DNA from: Tubulanus polymorphus
Lineage: Eukaryota > Animalia > Nemertea
NCBI RefSeq assembly: GCF_964204645.1
Contig: NC_134033.1
Span: 12,966,655 to 13,030,654, forward strand
Direction: 5' to 3'
Length of the DNA stretch: 64,000 nt
Below the pieces are notes generated by a model. The model saw only the letters and a program-made list of their open reading frames with translations. It had not been told where the DNA came from and made no database searches. The position numbers and the translations under genes are program-made. This document shows, one piece after another, positions 14,801 through 29,300 of the stretch. The first letter of the stretch is position 1. The number at the start of each line of letters is the position of its first letter.

Positions 14801-15960
14801 TTATACGATGCTCATGTGGTTTCCGTTGGAGGATAATGAAGTCAATGTCTTCGGTTTAACGTAACGTCCCTTGAGCCTATTGTATTCGCTTAATCAGCGC
14901 GCATCGTGTGTGCCATGCGCTAATCCGAGCGTTCAACATGCCGACACGCTCTGTCGTAGTCGAATTGCTCGAAATCGCCACTTCCGTAATGACTTAATTT
15001 TCGCCATCCTCCCTCGGCAGGGATTCGAACCGAATGATAATGAATCTTTATACCGCTCCGCAGAACCGACCTCCCTCTTAACAAAATAAAGGATTTGCGA
15101 TAGTACCGTGAATAACGCCACTACTTGAATCCCAACCAATACGTATCCATCCTTCTCACTCGCTCGGCCGAGGTAGGCATATTCCCCGTTTCCCCGTTTC
15201 TGATAGGCTACCCTGTCACGAACCCCAGCCTTAGAATTCCACCTCCTTCTCAATCGCTTAAGGATCGAATTTGATGACATCATCATCAAACTCAGTCCCG
15301 GTCGCAGTAAAATCGTCAGCTAAGGTCTGAATATCCCCGGGATCCCATCCAGTTCTGCTCGCACTGTATCATAAACCCCTGCCATTTAGGCATATAGACC
15401 GCATCCTTTTCACTCGCAACATGCGAATATTTGCCACGGTACGAACCCCAGCCAAAGCAACCTGTTCCCCTCGCAGAAATAGACGAACCTTTCGACGAAC
15501 CTGGAGAGCCCCACTCCGTACCAGCATGCAGGTACTCGTGAGTGGTGTCTCAGAGAATATTTTGATTTTTATTTGCATCGATCTTCACCATCGTAAACAG
15601 CGGTTTATAAAAGGGTACAACGTGCGCATATGATGACTATAATATCAACATTAATCGCGCGCCAATCGAAGGATGGACATCGCGTATAGCATCCCTTCCC
15701 AGCTCTCGTTGGTGGTCGCAATTAAGTCGAATAGTCGCGGGAACTCGCGATGAATTATTGAAAACTGATTTTGTATTCAGTTGTATACCTTTGATCGAAA
15801 CGAAGAGCGAGCGAAATTGAATAATATATGTTGATGTATAATTTGATATAATTCAGAAATATTCGAATCGCGTTTCAGCCCTTAAGCGCACACGGGTAGA
15901 TCTCGTGTCCGTCGTCGTATTACAAGAGCGTGTCTGATGGATTTCAGTACGTTGCTTTTC

Positions 15961-16225
15961 GGGGTACTCCAAGGTTGCATAGTGTGGACACTTATATTTC
16001 GATCTAAGTGAAGTTCAGCTTATTAAGATTATTTTTCCGAGCACAAACTTGTCAACTCTTGGTTATCGTCAGGCTTAGGTTTCTTTACTTAAAGCCTGGT
16101 GGATCTGGTGGTTACGTTATATATGTTTTAAAACTTTAGTTAGAACATTGTGACGTACATCTGGGGGTACTCCAAGGTTGCATAGTGTGGAAACTCATAT
16201 TTCAGTCTGAGTGAAATCTAGCTTA
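15961..16225. repeat. ~62-bp direct repeat pair (15961-16022 / 16164-16225)
   Basis: GGGGTACTCCAAGGTTGCATAGTGTGGA... occurs twice, 203 bp apart. Confidence 0.85.
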
Positions 16226-18098
16226 TATCTTAAATTGTACGTCGAAAGAAGGTCAAGGATTTTCAACAACGACAACTTTCCGAAGGCTAGCTTCATAAAT
16301 TCTAAAACTCGACGCCAGAATTCCATCAGACGACGCGGAATTTATAAATATTTGATGTCTTATGCATAAGAGGTATACGTGATGTCTCAGTCACTTCGAC
16401 GAACGGGGAAACGACTTCGACAGCTTCTCGTAATTAAAACTAGACAAAGAGTTACTGATTGTATATTCTCAGACAACCATATCGTGACCAGGATGGCTAT
16501 TTCTATCGTGTGGCTGAATATCCTTGTTTACCTGGATGAAAATTGTTAATCGAATCAAGACGAACACCCCCAACCCATCCCCACCGCCCCGATCGGATTT
16601 CTAGAAAATTTTATGGATTATGGTTTTCGACGCAACATCAACGCGCACCTGCCAGTAGGTGATGATTTCTCCGCTCGCTGATTGGCTCGCAGTGCTGTGT
16701 CTTTGTAATAGAGATTTTCAGCCGGAAATCGTGTGACTGCTATAGTCTCGAAGCTATACTTTCATCAACCTGACTGGCACCGAAATGCGGTGAAAAAACA
16801 CGAGCGAATATTTTCCAGCTAATTTGCATATCGAATGTGATAGACGTGTGAAACCTAAGCGCCATGAATGCTGTCAGAAGTCGATGAAACGTCGCGGCCT
16901 GAGCGACACGGCAACAAGACGTATATATTGCCACATATTGGAATGGTTTCTAACTCTTCAGATGCGCGCGGCGCTGACGATCGATTTTTGACTACAAATG
17001 AAAGGCTCTTAATGACTATGGTGAACACGTCTAAATCAATTATATCGCCTGAATTCGGGCGAATTGATGAAATTTTATAAACGACGTCGAGCACTCGGCG
17101 CCGTGCGAGGCACGTTATCCAGGCAATTTGACGACGACTTGTATTGTTTTCCACAGTTTCGAGAATTGAATTAATCGCATTCGATTGCAATCTGCGAACT
17201 GATTTTAATATTGACTGCTAGAGAACTTATGGGGGTCTCTTTATTTAATGAGAAGGCTTTGTCATCGTATCGTACAAGAGCAAAACTGACACAGTGTTCT
17301 ACTGTTTCATAGTATTCCATCTTTTCAAATCTACTGGTGACTTCTGTAACTTTAGCCTGACGCACACGGCAAAGAAACACGTTTTCGATGTGTTCTTTTA
17401 TGCCATATGCGTTGGGGATTCTGATTCAAAACGTTTTCTGAAAGATTTGTTTTCTGTTTCGATGAAAGAGAACGTAACGTTTAGCCGTGTTTGAGCTTTA
17501 CAATCAATTTTTGCGTTTCCAATCTATTTTCAAGTTTGTTGAAAATATCTACGATTTCAGTGATATTTCAACTCTTTTGTCGAGATACCATTCATCAAGC
17601 ATTGTATACGTATAGGGCGAGGGGCTTAAAAAGCGGCCACTTCTCTCGATGTAGTAACACCTGACACTTAAAACTGCTTACACGAGGGACTATGTATGAA
17701 AATCGGCAAAATTTGGCGTATATATACACGTACTTTATGCACAGTCCATGCCTGAACTGACATGAAGCACTTTTTATCCACGACACTCAAACAACGTTTA
17801 AAAAATTCATGTTTTCCCTCTTTACGTCGTGTCGATAATTCGCTGCCGCAAAACATCGATTCTATGATGAATTCGATGTATGTATAGGCGTCACTGTGTC
17901 GTTCATAACGCATCGAAAGCACTACAAAATTGTCGATGTGCTGTTTTTTGATATATCGGAAACAAACCGAATATAAAAGGGAAAACATTGAAATTCGATT
18001 GTTGTCATGTTTACGTGCTTAAATCTACATGAGATATTTCGCCAGTCACTGAGTGGAGATACAGGTAATATTGACGACACATTACCAGAAAACTCTGT

Positions 18099-18190
18099 AC
18101 TTGTATATAGGTGACGTACCTGTATATAGGTGACGTACCTGTATATAGACGGCGTACCTGTATATAGGCGGCGTACCTGTATATAGGTGG
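18099..18190. repeat. 19-bp tandem repeat (ACCTGTATATAGGTGACGT), ~4-5 copies
   Basis: Visible tandem unit. Confidence 0.85.
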
Positions 18191-18500
18191 TTAATAGGTG
18201 GTTAATTTTCCCGATTCAAAATAGAGTTCCTTGTAAATATCTGAAATGCCAGGCTCGTTCCACGCATCGAGCAAACTCTTTCAGAATATTGCACATAGGA
18301 CGAGAAAAACGAACGTCAATAGCAATTTATTCATAATTCTGAATAGCGTTTCACTCCCTGGAGACCGTCTGCAGAATAGCTGTATCTTTTTAAAGATGTT
18401 TTCGAATCTTTTTTATCAAACGACTTAGTCGAGAATGTTTTTCGTAAATCAATTTTGAAAGTCTATCAATTCCTATTGCGTACACACTTCTTAGGATCTG

Positions 18501-19008
18501 GGGCCAGTTGCACAGTCATGACTTAAGTCCAAAAGTGGTCTCAAATCTTAAGACTGGTCTTAAATTGTTAGATTGGCTATAGAACTAAGTTGGACTTAGA
18601 CCGGTGTTAAGTCTAAGCCATGACTATGCAACCAGCCCCCTGCGGCTTAGATTTAATTCCCATCTGATACATGTGTTCTAGGGCCAGTTACATAGACGAG
18701 GGTTTAGTACAAAGGTGGTCCCCAACTTTAGGACTGGTCTTTAGTTGTTAGATTGGCTATATAGACCGAGTGGTCTATACGTCTTAGTCATGGGACCGGC
18801 CCTGCTCCCTCAGCCAATGTTACAATACAACTAAGAATTCAAGCCCACTTTTGGGCTTTTGAAGTTACCACTGTGCAACTGGCTCCTGGGGCTGGTCGCA
18901 CAGTCATGATTTATGTCCATAAGTGTGGTCGATCTTGAAAACAGGTCTATTACTACGATGGTCTTTGACTGTGGTCTCAAGTCTAAGCCGTGACTACGTA
19001 ATTGGCTC
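18501..19008. mobile_element. Cluster of ~4 PIF/Harbinger-like MITEs
   Basis: Repeated GGGCCAGTTGCACAG...TGCAACCAGCCC termini with a shared GTTAGATTGGCTATA core; another copy at 32375-32498. Confidence 0.75.
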
Positions 19009-19639
19009 CTCTTATCCTGAAAAGTGGAAACAGGTTTTAGTGATACGTCGTGCCATATAAATGCAGTAATTTAAGTCAAACGTCAGCGTGACTACTTGAA
19101 CGCGCGCCATCACTATTGTATAGAAGATTATCGTTGCCTGCAGACACATGAAAGGATATGATTTCGACTATTATTGACCTGTTATTGAATATTAAATTAT
19201 CCCGGGCATTCTGAAGGTATAATCATATTTTCTTTTACAATCGATCGCGTCAATGGAACGCGATGCGGCGGGTGTCTATACGTTTAGCGACAATTTCAAT
19301 CGACTGCGCACACTAGAGGCACGACGAGCCAACGCAATAATCGGTGACGCGCCCTCTCTTCGTTTCTACGCTTCCGGCGCCGCGAATGAAAAATCTGTCC
19401 CAATAACCTTGACCTGATAGAGGCCGTACTCGCGTTGGTGATTCGCCGAACACATTACGCAACAATTTAGAAGCTGTCAGTCGATTTAGCGGGAATGTGT
19501 CATGTAAATCGCTGTTGACCACCAATATAGCGTCGAAACGGGTCACGTTGTTATGGCTGACACAACTTTCATTGAAAGAGCGCCCGCGTTATGAATTAGC
19601 ATCACATATGCTGAACCTAAGGTTACGATTGTTTTATGT

Positions 19640-19840
19640 TTAGGCAAAAATAAAATGATACTTTTTGTTTCGGGCGGGTTACAGCTGCAATGAAATTTGT
19701 AATCAGTTCATTTCTAAAGCTGCCGGGTCGGTTATGGTTAGTTTGACTATTACTAAGAAACGTAATGTTAGGGTAAATAGGCGGCCGGTCGCGTCAACAT
19801 TTAAGGTCAGCAGAAATGAGAAACAAGGGGTGTACTCTTT
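19640..19840 (+). mobile_element. MITE family copy 1 (AGGCYAAAAAAAATGATACCTTGTTTCTC-type termini)
   Basis: Aligns with 45478-45700 and, reverse-complemented, with 55525-55738. Confidence 0.75.
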
Positions 19841-22800
19841 TATCAGATCGTAGAATCCGTTTGCATCCAATCGTACTCTATTGTTGGTCACGTGACTTTT
19901 TGGAGTCTCCGAAACCACCTTTCTGTCGAGGAGGTGCGATTCGGATTTTGTGTGGAGCCAACTGGAGATTTCGGATGGAGACCTTGGAGTTCATAGACGA
20001 TGAGCCCAAGGTATCAATTATTTAAGGTATCAAATCTCGGAAGTCGCCGTATTTGTCAAAGATGGAGGAGGTTTGAACCCCTGCTCAGCCAGAGTTATTT
20101 TGAACTGCCCTCAAACGGACGGAACCTATCCTTATGGTCAAACCGCTCGTAACAAGTAAACAGATTGTGCGCGTCTTCTAATTCAAACCGCCAAAGAAAA
20201 CAATGCGGAATCTAGGCACGAACATTTGTATTCATATTCGCGAAACGAGCATTAAAGCATCTTAGAAGAGATTTTCATGAATATTCCATCCTCACTCGAC
20301 TAAGCTGTATTTGTTCCGATTAGCCGGTCGTCCTAATCCGCCATCATCCGAAATAGACGTCCGTTAACGATCTAACGAGGATATCCGTTTTCAATGAAAA
20401 TGCTAATTTCGGATTGAATAGCGAACGAATTGACGACAGTCGCGGTAATACATCGCGGGTTAATTAGATGAATTACTGACTGTGTCTTCACTATATATAT
20501 CAATGTATATACATAAACAAAATAGATATTAGCGTTTTAAAGCTTTTTCAAAAAACCATTTCATCTCGTTAGCGTCCCTGTTAATGACAAGCGCGGGCAT
20601 GCAGTATCTATGCATACCGTGCAAGTATAAACGTATTGTCAAAAATTCGATAGTCTATATAAATTTTTGGTATTATACACACCTGCGCCGTGTTGGCGAT
20701 AAGACTTTCGATGATATGGTTTTTCAGTTCGACCAGTCCTCTGGAAGTGGCTGCTTGTATCCACAGTGATCTACGTAGCCCTCTACAATCAGTAAACCAA
20801 AGATCAGACACAGTTTTGTTGGTGGAGGTCGCAGAAGTGCGTGCGTTGGTCTGTCTTTTTTGCGTTGACGCGTTGAAATGTATTCACTAACATTTCAAGT
20901 TATCTCATCAGATCTTCGTGCTGATGCGTATTAAGTTGGCGCATCGATGCGACAGACATGAAATTCCAAGCCTCCTGAACTCTGTTGCAGAACGTGGAAG
21001 ATCCCCGAAGCCTATTCAGTTTCTAAACGTTACCTTATAACCTAACCTAATTCAATTACAGTCAAGTTCGTTTAATTCGTATCACTTACGGCCGGCAGCT
21101 TTCTCATGAATTAAGTGAAATACGAAATATGTGACTGAATTACTATAGGATATGCAAAAAAGAAGTGAAAATTACTAACAAATTAAGTGAAAATACGCAT
21201 TAATTATTACGAATAAAACATACTTGAATGCACGAATCAGTCATCAATGAGTCATAATACGGTCAATCACATGATTAAAGTTATAACTTGGTCGTCTACC
21301 AAGTTGTATAGAATTAACTCCAAGTTGTATAGAGTTAACTGCAACTATGGACGCACGATGAGAGGTCCGTGCCCAAAACTAAGCCTACAATGGGCTCATC
21401 GCTAATTAAGATGAGCTGGGACAAGGTATATCGGCTTTCTCCGACCAACTCCTATATAGATTTCGATATTAAAGAAAAAACTGTCAGAAGATAAGCATTC
21501 TTTTACTTAGAATACATTAAGAACCGGTTTGTGAAAAACCCGCTCTATCTTTACAGCCGATGTCTGCGTTTACAAAGCTTGCAAAATACAAACAAAATCA
21601 CAGACGATAATTAGAAAACCACCAGAAGAAATAGAAACAAGAAAATTAATTTTAGAAAATTATTTGACGCCTGGGAAAAAAATGTAGAATTTCTGGGCTA
21701 AGCTAATGTGGAATTGCAAATTTGAAATCGAAGTTTTAAGAAATTTGGGGAATGATGAGATTTGGCGATTGGGTAGATGATACAGGTCTTCGACTCTAGT
21801 AGTGGTTTAAATTTTTTTATTGAAAATTCTCAATAATTGATCGCGAACTTGCGACCTAGAAAAAAATCTTACGTTTAGAAATAACTGTTACATACCCCTG
21901 TTATATTCATTTCAGTGTATATAAATCCATGCGTAGCGTTTCGATGTAATCTTTTTTCCGAAAACGACGAAGTTTTTTTTCTAATTTTTTTTTTTTACTA
22001 CCGCCAACCTGCATTCGCCATACGTATCATCTATTATACATATAAGTAAACTTCAAGATTTCAGAATATCCTGTAAAGCCTGTGTGCGTAAGCGTTTTTC
22101 ACGAATGTTTCTCTATTAAAGTCAGCTGTTCGTTTAGCATAATAATATCCTTTCGCTTTTGTAGGTTTTTCTATTTTTTTTTTAATCGTAGGCAAAAACT
22201 GCTCGTACGCAACATCGATGAGGTGTTCGTACGATTCCTAAACTCGATGTATATATGATATTATTTCTTGCGAGCCTATATAGCAAAGACGATATAGCGG
22301 CAGCAAAAAGCGATGATCTCTAAACGCGTGATAAGCCGAATGCGACAATAACCGAAAAAGATGTTGAGATGTCTCTATTTCTAGGTCTCCGGCAGCACGA
22401 ACGAATCTACTGTAACGCTGGCGACGACGAGCGAAATTCAAGCCGAACTAACGATGCCGTTGCCTCATGGCGACACTGTGAGCTCGCGGGATACACACTC
22501 TATACAACCATCTAGCCGAGCAACAACGATGATGTCATCGGTGACGTAGCGCCAGTACTTGTGACACACCGGCAGTTACTGAGCGCACGGGGCGGGGATA
22601 TACTCCGCACCGTATCAAAAACTGAGAGAAAGAAATATTCGCATAAGTGTAGAAGTAAAACCGACGGGGCATTGCCATCATTCAGGAAACAGTAACTATC
22701 GTTGATAAGCGGTTCGATTCATTGCCGCAGTATAGGATGAGTCTATAAATTCATCGATTCGAGTCATTTGCATTTTATCGGCTACACGTCGCGCGGTGAT

Positions 22801-23653
22801 CATCGGGAATTCGCATTTTCGCGCGGGAATGAGCAAATCGTTGACAGCGAGCGCTACGCGACGGTAGACCCCGGAACTAAACGGTAATAATGGCTACACC
22901 GCGCACCATCGGGCTCGGGAAACTCGGTCGTTTATAAACGTCGTTTTTCGGCTCCATATTTCACGCATGAAAACTCGCTCGCCATTTCAATAATGTCGAC
23001 GTCAGAAAAATAGTCAGAAAGCGTTATTTAATTAAGATTAAATGACATTTAACGCGTTGATAGCGGTCGATTTATTTGCGTGGATGTCGCTACAGGAAGT
23101 TAATAGTGACGAATAACCATATTTCGCCGATTGATTGAGCAAACACGTGTTTGCGCTGCGGGTTAATCGCATTCAGCATCGTTGGCTATGGCTTACGTTA
23201 GGTACAGGACGTTTTGTATCGATACGCCATGAATTATTGTTATATATCGCATGATTGAGTACAAACTTGTTGCCTCGGTTATCGCCAGGCAAAGTCCTGT
23301 ACGCAATATATATATATATGTCTTAACTTTACAAAGGTGGATCAGGGGTTGTGTTGTATCTGTGTTTTTAACTGTATTGGTGATATCCATCCTCGCTTGC
23401 CAGGGGTCCAGTATCGCTTCCACCAGCCCCCTGGCATCACGTGACGCGTGATTTCATTACTGGTGCTTTTGCGCTGTGCAACGCATTGCCAAATTTGGAA
23501 TGGAACAAATGAATAATACTTCCTTGTTGGCTAAAATGTTCGCTGATTGGTCCATTTGACAGGATATCTAGTCGTTCGTCACAAGCTGCCCGTTGGTTCG
23601 ACTTACCGGATTCTGGTCGGCTAGTTATACGTCTCCAACGAGTCGCGAGGTCA

Positions 23654-23733
23654 ATAGACTGGTCGCCTGTCCAATTCTGCGCCACCTGTATTCGCAGTCA
23701 GAATAATAAGGTAGAGACCGGCAACCAGTCTAT
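23654..23733. mobile_element. Small MITE with ATAGACTGG termini
   Basis: Inverted ends ATAGACTGGT...ACCAGTCTAT; related to 8755-8895. Confidence 0.6.
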
Positions 23734-25722
23734 GAGGTCAAGATTCGAGGAACAGCTTTAGCTTAGTAGGTTCGAATCCCTTGACAGGTAAAGATGGATG
23801 ACATCGTTATGCGCCCACTAGCCGTCCAGATGCCATTTCTTATTTTTTCTACTTTTAACAATAAACTATTGTACAATTTTATAAATACGGCATCAGCTAA
23901 TCCAGTAAAAAGGGAAACGGACAATGGTTTGATAGGACCTACGTCACTCGTACGCACGTATATGGGTATTAGAGCGCGATGTCCATTCTTGTGTGCTAAA
24001 TTGAATATGAATACATGTCCTGCGGAACAGGAGAATTGATCTAATTTAGTACAATCTAATTAGCACGGACAATTAGCGTCATCGCGACGGCGGTGGCTAG
24101 CTGCGAACCCGTCATCACGTCATGACGTCATCACGTTTTTATCGTTCGGCGACGAACATGAAATAACGTCCGGCGTCGTTTTTGCATGTGAGCCAATCGA
24201 CGGGCGAACGAACGAACGAATGAAGGCACCGCGTAATAAAATAACTGAGGGCTAGTATTAACTTAACACTTCAATAACACTTCGTCGATTAGCATTGCGC
24301 CGAGCCGCCGTCTTCGCGTCAGTTATATATTCACGGGTGGGATTCAACAAAAAACGGGGAAAATCGAATCGCGTATATTTTTCAGGAGCTGACCTACAGA
24401 GCCATACCTAGACGATACCCGATCTTCTTATTATCGCACCCTGGAACTGGAAGGGATAGAAACTGATGGTAACTAGTTTTAAAAAGAAGACACGACCACT
24501 ATTGAAAATAAGTACGAGCTCTATGTATCTTTTTCTCATTTTCCATTAGAACATTGTTAAGTTTTTCTACCCGATCGCCGGATGTCTTCCGGTTACCGAG
24601 TGTCGCGTAGTGATTTCATCGGTTAAAATCGGATTCGAAGAGCGCGCACCGTGTATCTGTTATACTGTTGCGCTCGGGTGCGGTTAGTACTGCGTGATTG
24701 GAACCCGTGGGCATTTTGTGAATCGCTGTTCCGAACGTGCGACACCAATCACTCCTCCCATTCGGTAAATTGCCACGATCGAGATCGGTTTAGAATCTCA
24801 TCAAGAAATGAGTCGGTTTGTTAAACAATTTACGTGTTGACGAATAGTGCTAACGTGTTACGCTGTATCGCACATTCCACGTCTTTATCACATGCGATTT
24901 GCAAAGTGCCATATATAAATTGGGTATGATTCTATTATCTAGCCCCTAGAAATCTTTTTAATACTTAGTGAGTACCACTCGGGGCATTATTTGTAGAACC
25001 GTAAGCTCGTTTTAGACTGTATGGGAGGATAGGAAGTCGCTTCAGTCAAAATGAAGTCGCTTCTAAGATCACGATCACGATGATCATCACCATTCGGGAC
25101 AGTGTTAGTAGAATCGTGAACTCTAGTTTTGTTTTTAGAGTTCATGGTAGGATCCAGGTATCGTTTATAAAGCCGGTTCAGTTAAAATGAAGAGGCTACC
25201 AGTCAAAGTCACGTTGCAAGCGCACGACCCAAAACTAGACCTAATGAAAGCCGAGACGATCCACGGTCGCGGTCACTGAAAACGTTGATTATCTTCTTAA
25301 GCAACATTCAGGGCGTTTACTGTTGACGAGAGTGTATTGGTTATAAATAACGTTGCAAAGTGTTTTTGCCCGAGAGAGGTTATGTGTGTCTACGGTCTAG
25401 TCTATCTCCTGGACAGTCGACTGGTTATCGGTTTTTTTCTCTCGCTGTTCGGCTACACCTACACACACGACAACGTCGTGTTCGAAGCAGCAATTCATCA
25501 ACTTGATGGAAAAATATTTACCGATTAAATCTAGCTCGCGTGGGACTTAGTCAATGGGTCTGAATCACCCGTAGAGTGATTGGACGAGACCGCAACTACG
25601 TCTGACCTTCACGTGCTCCGTCTGACATTACTAACGACCTGACGAAGCGAGTTCTAGGAAGAACGCGCCAGCTTCACTCCACTGTCACCAGTGGTTACAA
25701 ATACATACATCGGATTAAGGGC

Positions 25723-25816
25723 AAATGGCGGAAAAACGGCGACAGAATCAACAGCGTAATCACATCTATTTCACCGGTAATCGAAATTGATGACGTCATC
25801 GCAACCAACCGGAAGT
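25723..25816. promoter_or_regulatory. Promoter-like motif cluster (YY1-like AAATGGCG, CRE TGACGTCA, ETS CCGGAAGT)
   Basis: Motifs at 25723-25730, 25791-25798 and 25809-25816. Confidence 0.4.
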
Positions 25817-26394
25817 ACATTGAAACTACGCGTGACCTTGGACGAAACGCTTCTAAAAAATTTATTTACTTACATAGATACATTATGATGTTGTCAACTT
25901 ACAGAAGAATAAAAAGTTATACAATAATAAGATATCCATACATACATACTATTGTAATATGTATTATAATACAGTATTCGGAATAGGGGGAATCACCGAG
26001 AGATCAGCTTCGGCCAAATACAGTTAGTGGAGTTAGTCGACTATTTGCGAACTAAGTGAAACCAAACGTCAGTTAGTCAGAACCATAGTCCTGAAATAGC
26101 GATATAGCCTGGTGGTCGCTGCAGTTCAAACCTGTATAGTTCCAAAATGGCCGACACAAAGACAAATATGTAAGATGCGCTAGGAAACTGGTATTGAATA
26201 GTCATGTGGAAAGTTATATAATGATAAATGACCCATTGACCTAGATATTTGGTTTCAGCTTTTTACCCCAAAATTCGAAAAATAATATATATCAACAGAT
26301 GGAACTATATAGTGCATTCTATTCTCAGCTCCAACTGCGCTACTCGACTATTTACAGAATCCAAAGTTCTTCTTCGACGATGCAGTTAATGTTT

Positions 26395-29300
26395 TTAATT
26401 CGATGGTCGCGGCGTTGCGCATAGGCGGAATGGTTTTGGGCTGCGAACCACGCCAACCACAGGGTCTGATATCAACGCGTCGGCGTCTTCACCCGGTGCC
26501 AGTTTCACAGTGAACGCCTGCATCAAAGATACGTAAAAAATGAACAGTTCCATTTTCGCCAGTGATTCACCTGCGCACTGCCTTTTACCTGAAATAAACA
26601 AAAGACAAAAGAGACTGAATAATTGAATATCCTTGAAACATTTTAATGCAAAATGAAAGTCTTAGGTAACTTCCAACATTTCTTTCAACGACATATAGTA
26701 TATCGTGTGCAGACCGAACCCTAGTGACAAGAAAAACTTCCTTGAAAAATACGCACCGATCGAGAATACAGCAATTTTATCCCTGTTTATCGGCTGCCCA
26801 TCGCTGTCGATAAAATTGCTGACATCAAACTGATCCGGATTCGGCCAGACATTTTTATCTCGATGTAACGCCCACAAATTCGCGAGCACGAGCGTGTCCT
26901 ACGAAAAATAAACAAAGCGAATCAAATGCGAAAGTCAACTACGAATAATCGTTCAGTTTAACTAATAATTTTCGCGATTTTCTAAGTGAGTTTAAGGTCT
27001 CGATTTCGTACTTTTTTAACAGTGTATCCTCGCAGTGTTGTAGTTTCCGTAGCTCTGTGCGGTACTAACGTCACCAGAGTGCCGACTCTCAAGATTTCTA
27101 AAATCACCGCATCTGTGTACGGCATTTTCAGCTTGTCTTCGATACTGGGCAGTCGATCTCGACCAATCACCGAGTCGATCTCTTCTTGAACCTTGTTCTG
27201 AAAAATTTATTGAAAACCCACGTAGTCAATAACGAGACTGTGTTTTTGTCGTCTGGATATTTTCAGCCTTATTTGGCTCGACACCAAAAACTATGTTAAT
27301 AAATCACGACAGGGGTCCTGGTGTCGGATAGCCCTTTTGATATCACTGATTTCAAGATATCAATGACAATGGATGATTCTAATGGTCCATACCTGCACCT
27401 CGGGGTTTGCGCACATTAGTAGCAGTGACCATCGAAGCGATGTGGAAGTTGTTTCCGATCCAGCTACGAACATTTCAAACACTGTTCTTCTCATTTGATG
27501 ATCTGAAAAATGCTCTACATCGTGAATTACATTCTATCAATTAAATCAGTTATCATCGATTATCGCATTGCGAATGAACGAGCGCAAAACAGCTTTAGTC
27601 AAAGTTACCGTTGAATATTTCAGTTTTCTTCCCGGCATTCTCTTGAATACGACGCATATACGCATGCGTGAAGTCGTTGACGTTATTTGGATCGAATGTT
27701 CTCCGGTGCTCGTCGATGTACGGCCCAATTACATTCTGGATGTACTTGATGTTAGCTATGAACTGCTTAATGCCTGTTACATCGCCCGGTAGGTGGCGCA
27801 GAAATGATAATCTGGACATGCGTAATACGTTCCTAGAAACGTTCGAAGTGATCGTTCTCAAAATCGCTTTCGAAGTTTCCGAATAGTAACTTTGATTTTT
27901 GGCACCGAAAACTAAACAACAGATGACGTTGGAAACAGTGACACCTATCGTTAGCTTCGGGTCGAACGGTTGACCGTGTTGCTCGTTAAAGATGTCGATT
28001 AGATGACTGGCTTCATCTTGAATAGACGGCACCATGGAGGATTTACCCATACCCAGATCTCTCATGGCGTTCAGCGTAAAACGCCGCTGTTCTTTCCAGA
28101 CTGGGCCATCGGTCGCAAGCAGTCCTGGAAATACAGCAGAGTATAACATGGATGAAATATGTTATGATAATTTATTCTAATTGGATGTCCGATGAAAGCG
28201 AAAGAACCAAAATTTCGATCCGTAGCTTAAACCACTTTTCTAACTCTGGGATTCTGTCATTGAACACGTTTTTGTAAAATCCGTGGATTAATGCATTGTA
28301 TCTAATTGATTAACTTTAAGCCGGGCGTAGGTCGACCTTGCGACGCGACGCGATCGCAGTGAATTGCGTCGCAATGAGTCGCAAGGCCGACCTACGCCCG
28401 CCTTAAAGTGGGGCCCTTAACCCGGACGTAGGTCGGTCTTGCGATGCGATGCGATCGTCGCGTTGCATCACAAGTGGAGGTGCGGTGAAGTCGGTTGCGA
28501 CGCGGTTGTCAGCGATTTGTGCGACTAGTTGCTTCCAGTCGTTGAAGTCGTAGAAGTCCCATGTTCTACTTTCTGCGACGCGACGCGACCGTCGCAACAG
28601 ACTTACGCGCTCAGTCGCACACAGTCGCAGACAATCGCGTCGCAACCGACTTCACCCCACCTCCACTTGTGACGCAACGCGACGATCGCATCTCGTCGCG
28701 TCGCAAGGTCGACCTACGTACGCCCGGCTTTAGATGCAGAATATTCCTAAGTAAGCCTCAACAGTTTCTTCAAGCTAGGATAAAGCATACTTTGTATAGG
28801 CTATTAGCATATTTTGTATAGGCTATCATATCTCTGAGAAACCTACCGGCATTTTTTATCACGTCACTACGTAAATAACTAAATGGTTTTCCGGTGATGG
28901 CGTCTCCCTTCTTCTGGAACCCCTCGCGGACTGCGTCGTGCGTGTTCAGAATGACGTTGCCTCGCCCGAGCAGATTTATCGCGTATACGTCACCGTACTC
29001 GTCTTTCAACGCGGTCAGCATTTGATGCGGTAGTTTAAAACCTGGCCGAAACAGAATCAGGATTTGTTAACAAAACGAAGAAGAAGATTTTGAAGTCGTT
29101 TTCCATAGACAGAAGTCGTTAATTGAATTGACGATGAAATCCATTGAAGAAAAACTACCATTCTGATATTTCATAGCAATTGAGTCGAAAGTCTCGATAA
29201 GTCTATTCTCTATTTTCTTTTCAGGATTTAAATTTGTTCCGATCACTTCCGAAATGAACGACTTTCACAAAGAAACGACTGTAGCACACAAACTTACGAC

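Noticed and set aside
17210-17590. Possible decayed LINE ORF1 on the minus strand
   Set aside because: Only a vague compositional resemblance with multiple stops; cannot be supported.
1-26000. Short ORFs from the track in the left part of the window
   Set aside because: No recognisable domains and no consistent exon chain; sizes are as expected by chance.
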